The notes beneath the pieces are model-generated. The model had not been told where the DNA came from and did not search any database. It saw only the letters and a list, made by a program, of their open reading frames with translations. Shown here one piece after another: positions 62,235-64,000 of a stretch of 64,000 nucleotides of DNA. Numbering within the stretch: the first letter of the stretch is position 1; each line of letters begins with the position of its first letter. The stretch is from NCBI GenBank assembly GCA_965224085.1, contig CBDCYI010000011.1, forward strand, positions 736,001 through 800,000, written 5' to 3'. This DNA is from Candidatus Marinacidobacterales bacterium (GTDB lineage: Bacteria; Acidobacteriota; Vicinamibacteria; Marinacidobacterales; SMYC01). Made by a program: the position numbers and the translations under genes.

Positions 62235-63632
62235 TCAACTCGTCGCGCGTTCTCCGCTGAAATAATCTTTCGTGAGCTTCGCGACGACGCCGCCAAGCCC
62301 AATCAAGCCAATTAAATTGGGCAACGCCATGAAGCCGTTCAGGAGCGTGCCGATGGCCCATACGAGCGGCACGGGAACCACGGCGCCCACGAGGATGAGG
62401 ACCGTATAGATGAAGCGATAGGGAACGATGCCTTTAGTCCCAAACATGAACTCGAAGCACTTCTCGCCGTAGTAGCACCAGCCGATGAGCGTCGAAAAGC
62501 CGAACAAGAAAGAACATAACGCCACCAGCAAGCTCGCGTAAGGAATCTGGGTATCGAGCGCGGCTGCTGTGAGGTCGCCGCTCGATTGCTGGAATTCCGC
62601 GAGCTGCCACATGCCGGACGAAATAATGATGAACGCCGTCATGCTGCACACCACGATCGTGTCCACGAAGACTTCGAAGACGCCGACCAAGCCTTGCTGG
62701 GTCGGGTGGCTGACTTTGGCGATGCCATGTGCGATGGGAGCGCTCCCGAGGCCCGCTTCGTTCGAAAGCACGCCGCGGCTGATGCCCGCGGCGATGGCTT
62801 GGCTGACCCCAGCGCCGACGAAACCGCCGACGGCGGCCATGGGCGTGAAGGCGTTGGCGAAGATGACGCCGAAGACGGCCGGGATCTCGCCCGCATTCAT
62901 GACTACGTAGGCGAGGCCCATCAGCAAATAAACGACGATCATCGACGGGACGAGCTTCTCCGATACCATCGCGATCCGCTTGATGCCGCCAAGGAGCACG
63001 AGGGCGCAGGCCACCGTGATGAGAAGCCCGGGAACCAACGGGTTCACATCCAAGTTGAAGTTCTGCTGCGCCGCTTGGCGGAACGTTTGCGCGATCGTGT
63101 TCGATTGCGCCATGTTTCCTGTACCGAGAAGCGCCGTGGCCGCGCCGAAGACACAAAACGTATAGGCGAGGGGTTTCGCGAAGGGCCATCCTTTGAGCCC
63201 GTTGGTGATGTAGTACATCGGGCCGCTCGCCATCTCGCCACTTTCCGTCGTCACGCGATAATGGACGCCAAGGACGGCTTCCGAATACTTGGTCGCCATC
63301 CCCACGGCCGCGGTCACCCACATCCAAAAAATAGCGCCGGGGCCGCCGACGACGATCGCCGTGGCGACGCCTCCGATATTGCCGTTACCTACGGTGGAAG
63401 CGAGCGCGGTCGAGAGAGCCTGGAACGAGGTGATGGTGCCCTCTCCTTTGCCCTCTTTGCCGGCGAACATCCCGCTGAGCGCTTCCTTCACGGCGGTTGT
63501 GAAGTGACGGATTTGAACCAGTCCGGTTTGGTAGGTGAGGTAGCCTCCGGCGCCGACGAGAAGCGCCGGAAGGGCATAGGGCGCGTAGAGCCAGCCCGAA
63601 GCTTGATTCAAAAGGTTTGTCAATTGATCCAT
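62235..63632 (-). CDS. Alanine/glycine:cation symporter (AGCS)
   Basis: TVGNGNI.GVA, GGPGAIFWMW, SNEAGLGSAP, FVDTIVVC. Confidence 0.95.
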   Translation of the reverse strand: MDQLTNLLNQASGWLYAPYALPALLVGAGGYLTYQTGLVQIRHFTTAVKEALSGMFAGKEGKGEGTITSFQALSTALASTVGNGNIGGVATAIVVGGPGAIFWMWVTAAVGMATKYSEAVLGVHYRVTTESGEMASGPMYYITNGLKGWPFAKPLAYTFCVFGAATALLGTGNMAQSNTIAQTFRQAAQQNFNLDVNPLVPGLLITVACALVLLGGIKRIAMVSEKLVPSMIVVYLLMGLAYVVMNAGEIPAVFGVIFANAFTPMAAVGGFVGAGVSQAIAAGISRGVLSNEAGLGSAPIAHGIAKVSHPTQQGLVGVFEVFVDTIVVCSMTAFIIISSGMWQLAEFQQSSGDLTAAALDTQIPYASLLVALCSFLFGFSTLIGWCYYGEKCFEFMFGTKGIVPYRFIYTVLILVGAVVPVPLVWAIGTLLNGFMALPNLIGLIGLGGVVAKLTKDYFSGERATS

Positions 63633-63650
63633 GGTCGATAGATTCCTGGT

Positions 63651-64000
63651 TCAGCTGAATAGAGGCTTTATGGCAGTCCACAGAAAAGACAGAAAGATGA
63701 GCAGGATGGCGGCGGGAGACACGGTTCGGATCAGAAACCCCCACAAACCTGTATTCGGAAACCACGCGTTTTCCGCGGTGAGCTCCTCGATGGCTTTTGG
63801 AACGCCGAGACGATAGGCGACAAATATGGAAATCAGAAACCCGCCAATCGGAAGGGCGTAATTGTTCCAGACGATGTCCATCAGCCCGAGAAAGCTCCCT
63901 CCTAGCGTCGCGGAAAAGTTACTCAAGCTGGCGACAGCGCCGTTGCCGAGGGCTGAAGGTATCGAAAGAAAAAACGTGAAACCAATTAGCACAACAACAG
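63651..64000 (-). CDS. Sodium-dependent (NSS/SNF) transporter, C-terminal part
   Basis: SIPSAL...FLGLMD...LPIGG; 5' end is outside the window. Confidence 0.75.
   Translation of the reverse strand, partial: VVVLIGFTFFLSIPSALGNGAVASLSNFSATLGGSFLGLMDIVWNNYALPIGGFLISIFVAYRLGVPKAIEELTAENAWFPNTGLWGFLIRTVSPAAILLIFLSFLWTAIKPLFS

Overview
GC-rich bacterial window, probably Acidobacteriota (inferred from ADOP-type permease remnants and the MSLAAGSRLG-type kinase start). Housekeeping content: a CIRCE-controlled hsp20-groES-groEL operon, amidohydrolases, prolyl oligopeptidase, a NamZ-like hydrolase, malic enzyme, an IDH-family enzyme, glgA, transporters, and a reduced complex I-like operon (nuoABCDHIJKN plus ferredoxin). 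Many genes are internally deleted or chimeric. Accessory hot spot 1 (28.5-31 kb): a 2.37-kb IS110-family element with long perfect inverted ends, two accessory ORFs and a readable two-loop bridge-RNA-like ncRNA. Its target guides spell ACTTCGC-CC-ATACC, the reverse complement of DNA encoding the G-M-G-E-V glycine loop of Ser/Thr kinases, and the element sits exactly in such a loop. Both ends look like right-target junctions from two different genes. Accessory hot spot 2 (52-60 kb): a decayed integron (intI fragment, 7 attC-like sites, TA cassettes) invaded by IS1380, a cognate MITE and IS200-type elements. All calls are by eye, with no database searches.
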